Shown here: positions 48,653 through 59,662 of the stretch, piece after piece | How positions within the stretch are numbered: position 1 is the first letter of the stretch | How the letters are laid out: the number at the start of each line of letters is the position of its first letter | Origin: Candidatus Hikarchaeum yamanae | GTDB lineage: Archaea; Halobacteriota; Halobacteria; Halobacteriales; Hikarchaeaceae | Length of the DNA stretch: 64,000 nucleotides | Assembly (NCBI GenBank): GCA_009889635.1 | Contig: WTZQ01000002.1 | Span: forward strand, 17,097 to 81,096 | Reading direction: 5' to 3' | The notes under the pieces: generated by a model | Seen by the model: only the letters and a program-made list of their open reading frames with translations | Told to the model about the DNA's origin: nothing | Databases searched by the model: none | Program-made: the position numbers and the translations under genes

Positions 48653-50077
48653 ATGTCGCGTTTCAGTTTATCCTCTCGATCACAATTCTTTAGAATTTTA
48701 GTCTGTATCCTGGTATTGCTGCTCATTTCCCCTGCCGTTTTTTCAGCCATAACTCATGAACCAACGGCGTCATATTTGGATTTCTCTCCTGGGGTCATTG
48801 AGCAACCTGCAGATGGCATTACTATTATCAGTATCCAGGGATTTCATTTTGAAGGAAAAGGAAGCACGAAAAAACCCGCAAGACTAGTTGCAGTTGATTC
48901 TGTTGGAAATGTACTGTGGGTTCATAATGGAAGCTCTGTCGGAGCACGATGGTTCTATGACGCTGATCCACTTCCAAATGGCAATATTCTCGTAGTAGCA
49001 ACAGAGCCCGATGGAACTCTTTTTTATGAACTCGATTCCCAAGCTGGAAAAATAAATTGGCTCCACCGACTGCCTCTCATCGATACTCACGACGCGGATC
49101 TAATCGGAGATGACAAACTCCTAATAGCAAACATGAGAAATTACAATACTTCTACCAATCTAAACGATGACCGTTTGCTTATTTTTAATATGACCACCGA
49201 ATCATTTGATTGGGAATGGAAATTCAGAGATCATGGTTTTCAAAAACGTGGTGGCGGGCGCTATTCTGAAGATTGGACCCATGTCAACGATATCGATCTA
49301 ATTGATCAGAGATATGTTATGGTATCTATCAGGAATTTTGATCAAATCATTCTCATTGATTTACTATCCGATGAAATCGTCCTAACATTGGGAGAAGATG
49401 GGCAACATAAAACCATGTATGAACAACACAACCCCCAATATTTGGTCTCTTCTGAAAATCTTCCAACTATTCTCGTAGCTGATTCTGAAAACGATCGAGT
49501 AATCGAGTATGAATATTCTAATGATACCTGGGAACGAACATGGCAGCTTTCTGGGAATTTCTCTTGGCCCCGTGATGCAGATAGATTACCAAATGGAAAC
49601 ACCTTGATAACCGATTCTCTTAACCACCGAGTAGTAGAAGTGACTCCTCTTGGAAAAATCGTATGGGAAATCCGTTCTCCTTGGGGTCCCTATGATGCAG
49701 AAAGACTCTCTCTTGGAGATGAGGCATCTGGATCTACTCTTTTAACATCTCGAGATTTGGGTGTTACTGGTAGCTATCAACTTCAGGAAAATCATCCCGA
49801 GAACGAATTCAAAGAACGTTCGTTTAAAGAAACACTCACCACGACATTCGAAGGAACATTTTTAGACCAATATGTGACTTGGTTCTCCACCCGCTGGGCA
49901 CACATAGCACCCTGGATTTACCCAGTTTGGATGTCCGATTGGGATTTCGCCGGGATCGTATCTGCCATGCTCATTCTACTTTGCTGGTTCTCGGTAGAAC
50001 TTGCATATCAAAGAAGACGAATTATAGGGTATCTAAAAAATAAATTAAATGATATCTCATTTCCCCCCCGTCCTTAA
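48653..50077 (+). CDS. arylsulfotransferase (ASST)-like beta-propeller protein with N- and C-terminal TM segments
   Basis: N-terminal anchor ILVCILVLLLISPAVF. Propeller-type repeats with PNGN(I/T)L, HVNDIDLID and ENDRVIEY. C-terminal TM IVSAMLILLCWFSVELAY. Confidence 0.55.
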   Translation: MSRFSLSSRSQFFRILVCILVLLLISPAVFSAITHEPTASYLDFSPGVIEQPADGITIISIQGFHFEGKGSTKKPARLVAVDSVGNVLWVHNGSSVGARWFYDADPLPNGNILVVATEPDGTLFYELDSQAGKINWLHRLPLIDTHDADLIGDDKLLIANMRNYNTSTNLNDDRLLIFNMTTESFDWEWKFRDHGFQKRGGGRYSEDWTHVNDIDLIDQRYVMVSIRNFDQIILIDLLSDEIVLTLGEDGQHKTMYEQHNPQYLVSSENLPTILVADSENDRVIEYEYSNDTWERTWQLSGNFSWPRDADRLPNGNTLITDSLNHRVVEVTPLGKIVWEIRSPWGPYDAERLSLGDEASGSTLLTSRDLGVTGSYQLQENHPENEFKERSFKETLTTTFEGTFLDQYVTWFSTRWAHIAPWIYPVWMSDWDFAGIVSAMLILLCWFSVELAYQRRRIIGYLKNKLNDISFPPRP

Positions 50078-50078
50078 T

Positions 50079-51329
50079 CTATATATTTGTTGGAAATCTC
50101 AACACGCCCGCCACACCCCCGAAAGCATGTAACAATTGGTTTCCCTCTTCAAAATCCGTACTAACAAATTCAATTACTGTTCCTCTATATTCTGCAAGTT
50201 CAATAAGATGTTTCACCACATCTTCTCGCTCGACGAGTTCTATTTTTTCTCCACACTCTGAGCAGATTTTCTCTATTTTTTTCGAGCGACTCTCTATTAT
50301 CTCATAGTTTTGATGTCCACTCTTGCATACAATATTTATAACATCTTTTCTAAGATCTGAAGAAATTAAAAGTCTATCAACGGCACCCATAATTAGATTT
50401 TCACGTGTTGGAATAAATCCATAAGTAGCCTTCTCCCCTTGATGAAGTTCTTTGAAAAAACGTTCCATAGCGATTTTTTCCTTAACAATCGCAGCACCAG
50501 CCAACACATCAGTAGCTGCGTTTACCAATTCATGCAATCCCGATTCATCCGTATATGATATATCGAACTTTCCTAGTACCTTTTCGCGGAGCTCATGGTG
50601 CAAGTAATTACCTTCTAAAAATTCATCCTTTGTTGGGGAAGGCCCTCCTACTAATATCCCATCCAATTCATATCTATCTGGGACAAAAAGATCCCCTGCC
50701 AACTCGGCTATCTCTTTATAAAATTGATCTATTGCCTCCAACCGTAGTCGATGGAACCTTTGCGCAGATTGACCACCCTTACGCTGTTTCCCCGGAACAC
50801 GTGATGTTGTGCCTTTTACCGGTTCAATTCGTTTCCCTTTTAACCACCCAACATGTGCTTCCCTCCGATCTAATACCAGTAATCCATACAAACCTACATC
50901 AAGCAACATATCTCTAAGTGGTTCTGTTAAAAATGTAGAATCACAGTGGTAACGAAACGTTTGAATGGGTTGAGGAGGGCTCTCAAAAATTTCTGTAACC
51001 ATATCTGTCTGCCCACTACCTACATTCACGGCACCTGAAAACAATACCATTCCATTTGTCGGTGGTTTCTTATAATATCTTAATCGGGCCCGGATAGATG
51101 CCAAGGCATTTGTCACATTCGTGCGTGTATCTTTGGATTTAATATTTGCTGCTTGAGAGTGCTCCTGTGTGACGTGAGACACCACATCTGAAATTTGTTT
51201 ATCTTCTGGAACATAGATCGTTACTAGTTGAGTACCTGAACCTGTATGTTCTTCATAATCCTCCAGTAGCCGTTTGAACTCATACTTGCGCTTATCAAGA
51301 TCATCCGGCGTATCCGCTTCTTTGTCCAT
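50079..51329 (-). CDS. prf1: peptide chain release factor aRF1
   Basis: NIKS (ANIKSKDT) and GGQ (KGGQSAQRF) motifs. 416 aa. Confidence 0.95.
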   Translation of the reverse strand: MDKEADTPDDLDKRKYEFKRLLEDYEEHTGSGTQLVTIYVPEDKQISDVVSHVTQEHSQAANIKSKDTRTNVTNALASIRARLRYYKKPPTNGMVLFSGAVNVGSGQTDMVTEIFESPPQPIQTFRYHCDSTFLTEPLRDMLLDVGLYGLLVLDRREAHVGWLKGKRIEPVKGTTSRVPGKQRKGGQSAQRFHRLRLEAIDQFYKEIAELAGDLFVPDRYELDGILVGGPSPTKDEFLEGNYLHHELREKVLGKFDISYTDESGLHELVNAATDVLAGAAIVKEKIAMERFFKELHQGEKATYGFIPTRENLIMGAVDRLLISSDLRKDVINIVCKSGHQNYEIIESRSKKIEKICSECGEKIELVEREDVVKHLIELAEYRGTVIEFVSTDFEEGNQLLHAFGGVAGVLRFPTNI

Positions 51330-51396
51330 TGATTTCTCTAACTTTTCATGTCGTAAGTAAGTATTGACACAGGTTCACACCTCTTCTCAATATATT

Positions 51397-53139
51397 TTAC
51401 ATGGAATCTGGCGACTCAATCCCAACCAGGTATAATGAATTTGACATGGCATTCTTTGTCGCAGTAACCAATGACAAGCGCGCCGCCATCAACTCAGAAT
51501 CTGTACCCTTCAATACAGGGCATTCTCGATAAAATATATTGAATTTTTCTGCTAATTTTTGTGCATATGTTATAATACGATGAGGTTCCAGTGCCTCTGC
51601 AGCGGATGAAACAACAAATGGCAATCGAGAAATTTCATGTAATAGATCTAGTTCTTCTTTAGAATTAAGTAGTGTACTATCTACCCCTTGTATATCCGAT
51701 TTCTGTTTTGCTAATATTCCACAACAACGTGCATGAACATATTGCATATATGGGGCACCTTGTCTCTCAAAACTCAGTGCATCATCCCAATCAAATGTTA
51801 TTCCCTTCCCCGGTTGGGTGGCTACAATTCCACATCTAATTGCACCAATTCCAATTTGTCGCGAAATCCTGTCTATATCTGATTTTTTTAGTTCCATTTC
51901 TCTAATCCTCGACCCTTCTCGTGCCGTAACTTCCCCTCTAGCTCTTTTCACCGATTCGTCAAGTAAATCATCTAAATTAATCCCCGTACCTTTTCGGGTA
52001 CTCATCCCCCCTTCTGGAAGATTCACCCATGAATAAAACACTTGACGAATTCTACTAGTTTCTGCACCTAAAAGTGACAATGTTTTCGTCAATTGTTCAG
52101 CCTGAAATTTATGATCTTCTCCAAGTATTGTAACAATTTTATCCGCCCTCTCAAGTTTCCATTCATGATAACATAAATCTCTAGTTGTATACAACGAAGT
52201 ACCATCAGATCGTAGGAATACCAATGGTTTTTCTTCTCCCGGAATACCCAATTTCCAAGCCCCATCTTCTTGGAATGCAGAATCCAACTGTTTCAATCGA
52301 TCTACCATCTCATCAACTGACCCATCCTGGATAAATTTCGTTTCCCGAATAAATTCATCAAATTCAACAGAAATTCGATACAAACATTCTTTCATCCCCC
52401 CCAATACCATCTCCGTTATCGATACTAGCTTCTGATATATCTCTTCATCCCCTGACTCTATCTTTCCTAAAATATCTGAGATTTCAAGTTCAGCAATATT
52501 TTTATCTTCAATAGAGGAATTCTCCAAATACACATTTGATAGTTGATAATACCGAACTATGTCATAATCCCCCCTATCCTTCTTTAGATCTCCCATGTCC
52601 CTTTCGTTAAATTTTTCGAATGCCCATATCAACGTTGCAACTTGCTTCCCCGAATCATTCACGTAATATTGCCTCTCCACTTGATACCCTGCAAAGGATA
52701 AAATTCGAGATATTGAATCTCCTATGATTGGATTACGAGCACGTCCCACATGGACTGGCCCCGTTGGGTTGGCACTGGTATGTTCTACGATCACCGTTTC
52801 CCCTCTCTTTTGAAACTGGCCATAATTTTCTTCTTGGGCCCCTTCTAACGTTTCTTTAAAGTATTTCGCCGATGGAACAAAATTTATGTATGGTCCTTCT
52901 GCATAAACTCTATCTACATATTGGAAATTTTCTAAATCTAACAATTTAACAATTTTTCCTGCCACTTCTGAAGGGGGCTTTCCCATTTCCTTTTGAACAC
53001 GATATGCGATGTTAGAGGCTAGTATTGCCTCTACCTCTTCTGGAGGCTCTTCCAGTCCAAAATCACTCATATGGAGGTCAAGTTGGGAACACACACACTC
53101 AAATGCATTCTCCACCTCGCTGCGCATTGCGAGGAGCAT
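51397..53139 (-). CDS. argS: arginine--tRNA ligase
   Basis: HIGH-type SANPTGPVHVGRARN. N-terminus MLLAMRSEVENAF matches haloarchaeal ArgS. C-terminal DALR domain. Confidence 0.9.
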   Translation of the reverse strand: MLLAMRSEVENAFECVCSQLDLHMSDFGLEEPPEEVEAILASNIAYRVQKEMGKPPSEVAGKIVKLLDLENFQYVDRVYAEGPYINFVPSAKYFKETLEGAQEENYGQFQKRGETVIVEHTSANPTGPVHVGRARNPIIGDSISRILSFAGYQVERQYYVNDSGKQVATLIWAFEKFNERDMGDLKKDRGDYDIVRYYQLSNVYLENSSIEDKNIAELEISDILGKIESGDEEIYQKLVSITEMVLGGMKECLYRISVEFDEFIRETKFIQDGSVDEMVDRLKQLDSAFQEDGAWKLGIPGEEKPLVFLRSDGTSLYTTRDLCYHEWKLERADKIVTILGEDHKFQAEQLTKTLSLLGAETSRIRQVFYSWVNLPEGGMSTRKGTGINLDDLLDESVKRARGEVTAREGSRIREMELKKSDIDRISRQIGIGAIRCGIVATQPGKGITFDWDDALSFERQGAPYMQYVHARCCGILAKQKSDIQGVDSTLLNSKEELDLLHEISRLPFVVSSAAEALEPHRIITYAQKLAEKFNIFYRECPVLKGTDSELMAARLSLVTATKNAMSNSLYLVGIESPDSM

Positions 53140-53234
53140 GATATTTCCTTATGCGCGGTTTGATAAAAGATCACCCCTTTGTCTCCTATTTCATATTTAC
53201 TTAGATTTCCCCCCTCTCTGAGATCGTTTTATTT

Positions 53235-54242
53235 TTGGCATCCGCGAACCACGGTCTGGTATATATGAGCTGCCCAGATGGACCCAAACAAGTAGATTAC
53301 CCCAATTATCATCATATTGGGCATACCGCCGCTCAGACTTGCGGCTGGACTGCAAACGCATTGAGAGGACAAGGAAAATGCTATAAAAATATTTTCTATG
53401 GCATTGAATCGCATCGATGTATCCAAATGACACCAATTGTCAAGTGCAACGAGCGCTGCGTTTTTTGTTGGCGTGATCACCGAGGCCATGCTTACGAGCT
53501 CGATAATGTCGAGTGGGATGATCCCTCTGCTGTCGCGGATGCTTCAATTATTCTACAGAAAAAAATTCTCTCTGGTTTCGGCGGAAATCAACATGTTAGT
53601 CCAGAGACGTTTCAGCAAGCAATGAACCCCCGACATGTCGCTATCTCTCTAGATGGGGAACCTACTCTATATCCCTATTTACCCGAGTTAATTGAGGAAT
53701 TTCATTCCCGTAATATGTCTACCTTTTTGGTTTCTAATGGAACAAATCCTGATATGATTAAAGAGTGTGAACCCACTCAATTATACATTTCAGTCGATGC
53801 AGCCGAGAGATCCACTTTTGATAGAGTTGTAAGACCTGTTGAGAAAAACGCATGGGAACAACTCATTGATACCATGGATATTCTCCATAAAAAATCCTGT
53901 AGAACTGTCCTTAGAACTACACTTCTTAGAGGATGGAATATGGAGAATCCCGATTGGTATGCTGCTTTCTATGAACGGGCCGATCCAGATTTCATAGAAC
54001 TTAAAGCATATATGCATGTGGGACACTCCCGAGATAGACTTTCACGGGATATAATGCCTGAAACCCAAGAAATAGTTGACTTTGCAAAAGAAGTAGGATC
54101 CTACCTCCCTGAACATACTACTCTCAAAACAGTGCCCATTTCTAGAGTCGTACTACTCTCAAAACACGAAGAAACATGGATTCCCATGCTTAAAAAATCT
54201 AGTAGTTTTTGGAAAAACGAGACGGTAGCCTACGCCGAATAA
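53235..54242 (+). CDS. taw1: 4-demethylwyosine synthase Taw1/TYW1 (radical SAM); TTG 53235 or ATG 53265
   Basis: Radical-SAM CNERCVFCWR. Upstream Cys-containing segment HTAAQTCGW. ISLDGEPTLYP. Confidence 0.85.
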   Translation: MASANHGLVYMSCPDGPKQVDYPNYHHIGHTAAQTCGWTANALRGQGKCYKNIFYGIESHRCIQMTPIVKCNERCVFCWRDHRGHAYELDNVEWDDPSAVADASIILQKKILSGFGGNQHVSPETFQQAMNPRHVAISLDGEPTLYPYLPELIEEFHSRNMSTFLVSNGTNPDMIKECEPTQLYISVDAAERSTFDRVVRPVEKNAWEQLIDTMDILHKKSCRTVLRTTLLRGWNMENPDWYAAFYERADPDFIELKAYMHVGHSRDRLSRDIMPETQEIVDFAKEVGSYLPEHTTLKTVPISRVVLLSKHEETWIPMLKKSSSFWKNETVAYAE

Positions 54243-54248
54243 ATTATT

Positions 54249-54680
54249 ATGGATAAAACCACTTTACCCCTTATAGGAACTATCACAACCGGTATGGGAG
54301 ATGCAAAGAAATTTCTCTCACTTACTGGCTATTTAGATCAATTTCAGTCTATACTTGGTTATAAACCATTCCCTGGGACTCTAAATATAACATTGAATGC
54401 ACATAGTACTCAACTTAAATCAAATCTATCAGACTTGGACTCCCTCTTGATCCATGAATGGACCGACGGTGATAGGACATATGGACCTGCTACCTGTTAC
54501 CCCGCTACCATAACCAAACCCTCTAGTGGTAAACATATCCCTATTCATGCGATTCTTCCAGAGAAAACTCGCCATGGAGCGGATCAACTCGAATTGCTCT
54601 CTCCTGTTAACTTGAGAAAAACACTATCCATAGACGATACAGACGAATTACATATCTCCATTCACGGAACCAAACGTTAA
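54249..54680 (+). CDS. ribK: CTP-dependent riboflavin kinase (archaeal RibK, kinase domain only)
   Basis: KPFPGTLNI motif and ..YGPATCYPA.. as in the MJ0056 family. 143 aa. Confidence 0.8.
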   Translation: MDKTTLPLIGTITTGMGDAKKFLSLTGYLDQFQSILGYKPFPGTLNITLNAHSTQLKSNLSDLDSLLIHEWTDGDRTYGPATCYPATITKPSSGKHIPIHAILPEKTRHGADQLELLSPVNLRKTLSIDDTDELHISIHGTKR

Positions 54681-54739
54681 ATGAATATTCAGTACATAAC
54701 AACTATATTTTTAACACCACAAGGACTATCAAAAGGAAT

Positions 54740-55672
54740 ATGGCAATATTTGATGATATGGACGTTACCACAATTTGGCTAGATGGTTCCTTTGTCGATT
54801 GGGATTCTGCACATACTCATGTTTTAAGCCACGGTTTGCACTATGGAGTCGGAATTTTTGAGGGAGTTAGATGCTATGATACAGTACGAGGACCTGCAAT
54901 TTTTAGATGGGATGACCACCTCACTAGATTCTATAACTCAGCAAAGCCCTATGAAATGGATATCGGATATTCCACTTCCGATCTAACCGAAGCCACACTT
55001 GAACTCCTCCGTAGACAGAATCTAAATGCTTGTTACATCCGACCAATTGCATTTTACGGATACGACCGTCTTGGTCTCAGTCCTGTAGGAATCCCAGTCC
55101 AAGTAGCTATCGCCTGCTGGCCCTGGGGTGTTTATCTCGGGGAAGAGGCACTTTCTTCTGGGGTAGACGTCATGGTGTCTAGTTGGAGGCGATATTCTTC
55201 CAACCAAGTTCCAATGAATGCTAAAACAACTGGACTTTATGTCAACAGCGTCCTTGCCAGTGAAGAAGCCCATAGGAATGGATTTTCAGAAGCAATTCTC
55301 TTGAACACTGATGGTAATGTGGCAGAGGGAGCCGGTGAAAATATTTTCCTTATTCGAGATGGGGATATCTACACCCCTGACTTGTCCCAAGGAGTTCTTG
55401 CTGGTATAACTCGCGAAACTATCATCACGTTGGCTAGGGAAAAAGGCTACACAGTGTACGACGAAGCTATCATCAGCGAAGACGAGTTGCATTCTGCAGA
55501 TGAATTATTTTTCACGGGAACTGCAGCTGAGGTAACTCCCATCAAAAAAGTCAATGAAACCATTGTTGGAAAGGGATCTCGTGGAGAAATAACAAAAGAC
55601 CTTCAATCAACATTTTTTGATGTATTAAACCGCAGAAATGAGGCCCACGATGAATGGTTTACCTACGTATAG
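54740..55672 (+). CDS. ilvE: branched-chain amino acid aminotransferase (fold type IV)
   Basis: HGLHYGVGIFEGVRCY, NAKTTGLYVNSVLA, GENIFLI, GITRETII. Confidence 0.85.
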   Translation: MAIFDDMDVTTIWLDGSFVDWDSAHTHVLSHGLHYGVGIFEGVRCYDTVRGPAIFRWDDHLTRFYNSAKPYEMDIGYSTSDLTEATLELLRRQNLNACYIRPIAFYGYDRLGLSPVGIPVQVAIACWPWGVYLGEEALSSGVDVMVSSWRRYSSNQVPMNAKTTGLYVNSVLASEEAHRNGFSEAILLNTDGNVAEGAGENIFLIRDGDIYTPDLSQGVLAGITRETIITLAREKGYTVYDEAIISEDELHSADELFFTGTAAEVTPIKKVNETIVGKGSRGEITKDLQSTFFDVLNRRNEAHDEWFTYV

Positions 55673-55712
55673 CTAGATTGAAACATCCCCCTTTTTAAAA
55701 AAATTATACCTC

Positions 55713-56309
55713 CTATTTTTTCGTTTCTGTTTTTTTAACACCAAAACCCGCACTCAGTACCCGAGCTAGCGAATCTTCAACACTTTCATCTGAGTCTTCA
55801 TACCCTTCTGGATCCATCTCTATTACAAATCCGGTTGTAATATTCGGCGATGTGGGCATGAACAATATATCTTTTCCATCATCTGTTTTGTTCCCAGTTT
55901 TGAATGCTGTCATTTTCATCCCTGGCCACACAGTGACTTTCACTGGAGCTTGAAGTGTTCCCTCTTCAGATACGGTAGTTTCAACTGCCATTTTCGCAGC
56001 GTTGTATACTATCCTAAGCCCCGGAACAAAATTGATAACACCATCAATCCTAGCTCCAAATAACTCTCCTAATGTAGTTCTCATTAGATACCCCACAATA
56101 AATGTTATAGATATCAACAATATAATTGTTAAACTCGCCTGTGCAATTTCCACAATAAATTGATTACCTTGGAATGCTCCTCCTATGCGCACAAATGTTA
56201 ATTGCGAAATCAATCCATATACCCATTTAAGTACATAAACGGTAAGCAACAGTGGAACTAGTACCACAAGACCGCTTGCCATATTTTTCTTCCACGCTAC
56301 CATTTTCAC
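55713..56309 (-). CDS. DUF502 family membrane protein
   Basis: N-terminal GLVVLVPLLLTVYVLKWVY pattern and size typical of DUF502. Confidence 0.65.
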   Translation of the reverse strand: MKMVAWKKNMASGLVVLVPLLLTVYVLKWVYGLISQLTFVRIGGAFQGNQFIVEIAQASLTIILLISITFIVGYLMRTTLGELFGARIDGVINFVPGLRIVYNAAKMAVETTVSEEGTLQAPVKVTVWPGMKMTAFKTGNKTDDGKDILFMPTSPNITTGFVIEMDPEGYEDSDESVEDSLARVLSAGFGVKKTETKK

Positions 56310-56446
56310 TTCTACAATAGTCCTTGTGAGGTAATGAGCCTCCCGCTATCATATTGTATTGATACATTTTACTATTTTATTTCTCCAACCCCTTCTCTTA
56401 CCAAAATAGAACTGCCTAAGTCAAATGAATATGTATTGTTCATATT

Positions 56447-56992
56447 GTGGACGTCCTCTCGCTAATATTTCTGTCTTTATGGATCATGTTACCTGCATAT
56501 ATCCCTAACAATGCCGCTGCAATTTTCGGTGGCGGAACTCCCTTAGACCTTCGATATTCTTGGCGTGGAAATAGACTCCTCGGCGATGGAAAGACCATAC
56601 GAGGATCTGTGTCTGGAATATCTTTTGGGATCTTAGCAGCACTACTATTGAATGCGACAAATCAACCACTATCTTCTATATTGAGCCTCGAGTTGCCTAT
56701 ATTCCCTGTGGTGGTCATTTTATCTCTCTCGATCGGGTCTTTATTAGGGGATGCGATGGCATCTTTTCTAAAAAGGTCATTAGGCATATCACGAGGAACT
56801 TCAATCCCTCTATTAGACCAACTAGATTTTGTAGTTGGATCTCTACTATTGCTCCTGTTTATTTCCCCAAACTGGTTTTTTGAAACGTTAACTCTGCCCA
56901 TTCTCATAACGATATTCATCCTCACTCCTTTCTTACACCTGTCAATAAATATTATAGGGTATCTGCTTGGCATCAAAAAAGTACCCTGGTAA
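56447..56992 (+). CDS. carS: CDP-archaeol synthase (CarS, DUF46); GTG start
   Basis: PAYIPNNAAAIFGGGTPLD and GDGKTIRGS motifs. 5 TM. 181 aa. Confidence 0.8.
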   Translation: MDVLSLIFLSLWIMLPAYIPNNAAAIFGGGTPLDLRYSWRGNRLLGDGKTIRGSVSGISFGILAALLLNATNQPLSSILSLELPIFPVVVILSLSIGSLLGDAMASFLKRSLGISRGTSIPLLDQLDFVVGSLLLLLFISPNWFFETLTLPILITIFILTPFLHLSINIIGYLLGIKKVPW

Positions 56993-57034
56993 TCCCCAAC
57001 GAAAGCAGAAACACTTTTTTTACACCGTGAGCTT

Positions 57035-57571
57035 TTGGATGTGATGCCTACAATATCTGATCTAATCCAAAACTCTGGCGCGATAAAACACGGCAAATTC
57101 AAATTAGCGAGTGGAGTGGAATCCTCCTATTACATTGACAAATACCTATTCGAGACACAACCAGAGGTTCTCGGGCCAATAGCAGATGCCATTGCAGAAA
57201 TGCTATCTGGATCCGAACTTGATGTTATTGCTGGACCTGAACTAGGAGCTGTACCTCTAGTAACTGCAGTATCACTCCGTACCGGTATACCTGCAGCCTT
57301 CATTCGAAAACATATCAAAGGACACGGGACCCAGTCCAGAGTGGAAGGGACTCTCAAAAAAGATCAATCTGTAGCACTTATTGAAGATGTCACCACGACT
57401 GGATCTACAATGCTAGATTCTATCAACTTCATAGAAACTAATATTGGTGCGCACGTCACTCGTCTCATTGTGGTTGTGGACCGAAACGAGGGAGCAATTG
57501 AAAATTTCAATGAAAAAGGATTTGATTTAGAATATCTAGTCCAAATTGGAACTGATATACAAGTCAATTAA
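57035..57571 (+). CDS. pyrE: orotate phosphoribosyltransferase (start between 57035 and 57044)
   Basis: GKFKLASGVESSYYID and PRPP motif VALIEDVTTTGST. Confidence 0.85.
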   Translation: MDVMPTISDLIQNSGAIKHGKFKLASGVESSYYIDKYLFETQPEVLGPIADAIAEMLSGSELDVIAGPELGAVPLVTAVSLRTGIPAAFIRKHIKGHGTQSRVEGTLKKDQSVALIEDVTTTGSTMLDSINFIETNIGAHVTRLIVVVDRNEGAIENFNEKGFDLEYLVQIGTDIQVN

Positions 57572-57612
57572 AAAACTTATTCGACTATTTATTTTATTCT
57601 AATTTCTAGAAC

Positions 57613-59238
57613 TCACATCATTCCGGGCATCATCTCGCCCATATCTCCACTAGATTTACCTAAATCCCCTGCGGCAATTATATCATCAATCTTTAAAATG
57701 AGGTTAGAAGCTTCTGTCGCAGAACTCACAGCCTGCCTTTTCGCATGTGTGGGTTCTATGACTCCAGCATCAAATGTGTTTACAACATTCCCTGTAAAAA
57801 CATTCAGACCCGCTTTTTGGTTTCCTTCTTCATGGGCCGCCCGAAGATCTACTAATACATCTATCGGATCTAGTCCGGCATTTTCTGCAAGTACTCTTGG
57901 AATCAACTCCAAACTGTTTGCAAATGCTTCGATAGCAAGTTGTTCTCTCCCACTAACACTTTCTGCATAAGACCGAAGTCGTGAGGCTATTTCTATTTCT
58001 ACAGCACCGCCTCCTGCCAAAACCTGCCCATCTGTGACAGTTTGAGAAACTACATCAATGGCATCACCCACACTGCGCTCTAGTTCATCAACAACATGTT
58101 CCGTTGATCCTCTCAACAATAGCGTCACTCCAAAACCATCTTGATTAGCACTTTCTACATAGAACAATTTGTCATCATCATCACGACTGACTTTCCCCTT
58201 CGATAAATCATCACTAGACAAATCATCAATGTCTGATACAATCGTTGTGTCAAGCAAGTGCTTTAAGAAATGCATATCACTTTTTTTCATCCGGCGTACT
58301 GCAAGAATACCTGCCTTTGCTAGGTAATGGCGAGCAACCTCATCTATGGCTTTTTGACAAAATATAACATTTGCACCAGAATCAATTATCTTTTGAACCT
58401 GATTTCTGATCTCTTCTTCCTCTTGATCCAATACATGGCGCAATTGTGTTGCATCTGTTATATTGATTTTTGCATCAACTTCGGTTTCTTTAATCTCAAT
58501 TGCTTCCATTAAAAGAAGGATATTTGCATCCTTCATCTCAGATGGCATATTGTCATGTGTAGCCTCCTTATCAATCACAGCCCCATTAAATAACTCAGAT
58601 TCCAATGTCGACTCTCCCGATTGAGTCTCAATATTCAGAAAATCCAAATCAACACAAATCTCGCCTTCATCTTCATAAGACACTTTTTTAACAGCTTCAA
58701 CAACCATTTTTGCTAGCATCACTTTGTGCACTTCTGTTCCTTTTCCAGTCATACTCGTTTCCGCTACTTTCTGCAATAAAGATAAATCCTCGACATCAAT
58801 TGTATTACTTACTACCTCTAATTCTTCTTTTACCTTCTCATTAGCTAAGTTATATCCCCTTATAATCGCGGTGGCATGAATATCCTGTTCAAGTAATTCT
58901 TCTGCATTCTTCAATAGTTCTCCTGTCAATGCAACTGCAGTTGTTGTTCCATCACCCGCTTCATCCTCTTGGGTCTGTGCAACTTCTACAACCATTTCTG
59001 CTGTTGGATGTTCTATGTTCATCTCTTTGAGAATAGTGACTCCATCATTTGTGATTGTAACATCTCCCATATTGTCAACTAACATTTTATCCATGCCCTT
59101 CGGTCCAAGTGTAGAACGAACGGCATTTGCCACTGCACGAGCGGCTCTAATATTGTATGATTGTGCATCTCTGTCTCTAACTCTCTGGGCACCTTCGCCC
59201 AAAATAATCATAGGTCTCCCTCTTAACTGATTACTCAT
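57613..59238 (-). CDS. thermosome subunit (group II chaperonin)
   Basis: [28 protein letters not shown] and C-terminal [11 protein letters not shown] tail. Confidence 0.95.
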   Translation of the reverse strand: MSNQLRGRPMIILGEGAQRVRDRDAQSYNIRAARAVANAVRSTLGPKGMDKMLVDNMGDVTITNDGVTILKEMNIEHPTAEMVVEVAQTQEDEAGDGTTTAVALTGELLKNAEELLEQDIHATAIIRGYNLANEKVKEELEVVSNTIDVEDLSLLQKVAETSMTGKGTEVHKVMLAKMVVEAVKKVSYEDEGEICVDLDFLNIETQSGESTLESELFNGAVIDKEATHDNMPSEMKDANILLLMEAIEIKETEVDAKINITDATQLRHVLDQEEEEIRNQVQKIIDSGANVIFCQKAIDEVARHYLAKAGILAVRRMKKSDMHFLKHLLDTTIVSDIDDLSSDDLSKGKVSRDDDDKLFYVESANQDGFGVTLLLRGSTEHVVDELERSVGDAIDVVSQTVTDGQVLAGGGAVEIEIASRLRSYAESVSGREQLAIEAFANSLELIPRVLAENAGLDPIDVLVDLRAAHEEGNQKAGLNVFTGNVVNTFDAGVIEPTHAKRQAVSSATEASNLILKIDDIIAAGDLGKSSGDMGEMMPGMM

Positions 59239-59262
59239 ATCAAAATTAGTTGATTGCAGGTC

Positions 59263-59270
59263 TATATAAA
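59263..59270 (-). promoter_or_regulatory. TATA-like TTTATATA (minus strand) about 28 nt upstream of the thermosome ATG
   Basis: Spacing read from the sequence. Confidence 0.4.
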
Positions 59271-59287
59271 TGGACCGACTTTATTTA

Positions 59288-59662
59288 TTACTCAGAAGAA
59301 GCAGTAGACAAACAATTTTTACAAATACCTCTGATCTCCAGTTGGAAACTTTCTACCTTTCCCCCTGTAATTTTTCCTAATGGCAGTTCGACTTCTTGTA
59401 TATGTTTACTACTTTGACACTCCAAACAATTGAAATGGGTATGTTGTATCTTGTTCTTCGAGTATAAGGCACGGCCATCGCACATAAAGTAATTAATTTG
59501 TCGCTCTTTTCGTAAAGCGGACAAATATCGATAGATAGTTGCAATGCCAATTCCTTCATCTTTCACCCTTCCGTGAACCTCTTCGACTCGGAACGAGTGA
59601 TCGAACCCATCTATGACTTCTGCGACCCTTTTTTTCTGCCAAGTGTTCCTACCCCTTTTCAT
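59288..59662 (-). CDS. Fur-family metalloregulator (probable Zur-like zinc regulator)
   Basis: Winged helix IGIATIYRYL. HTHFNCLECQ and GICKNC give the structural CxxC..CxxC site. Divergent from the ZIP transporter. Confidence 0.75.
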   Translation of the reverse strand: MKRGRNTWQKKRVAEVIDGFDHSFRVEEVHGRVKDEGIGIATIYRYLSALRKERQINYFMCDGRALYSKNKIQHTHFNCLECQSSKHIQEVELPLGKITGGKVESFQLEIRGICKNCLSTASSE

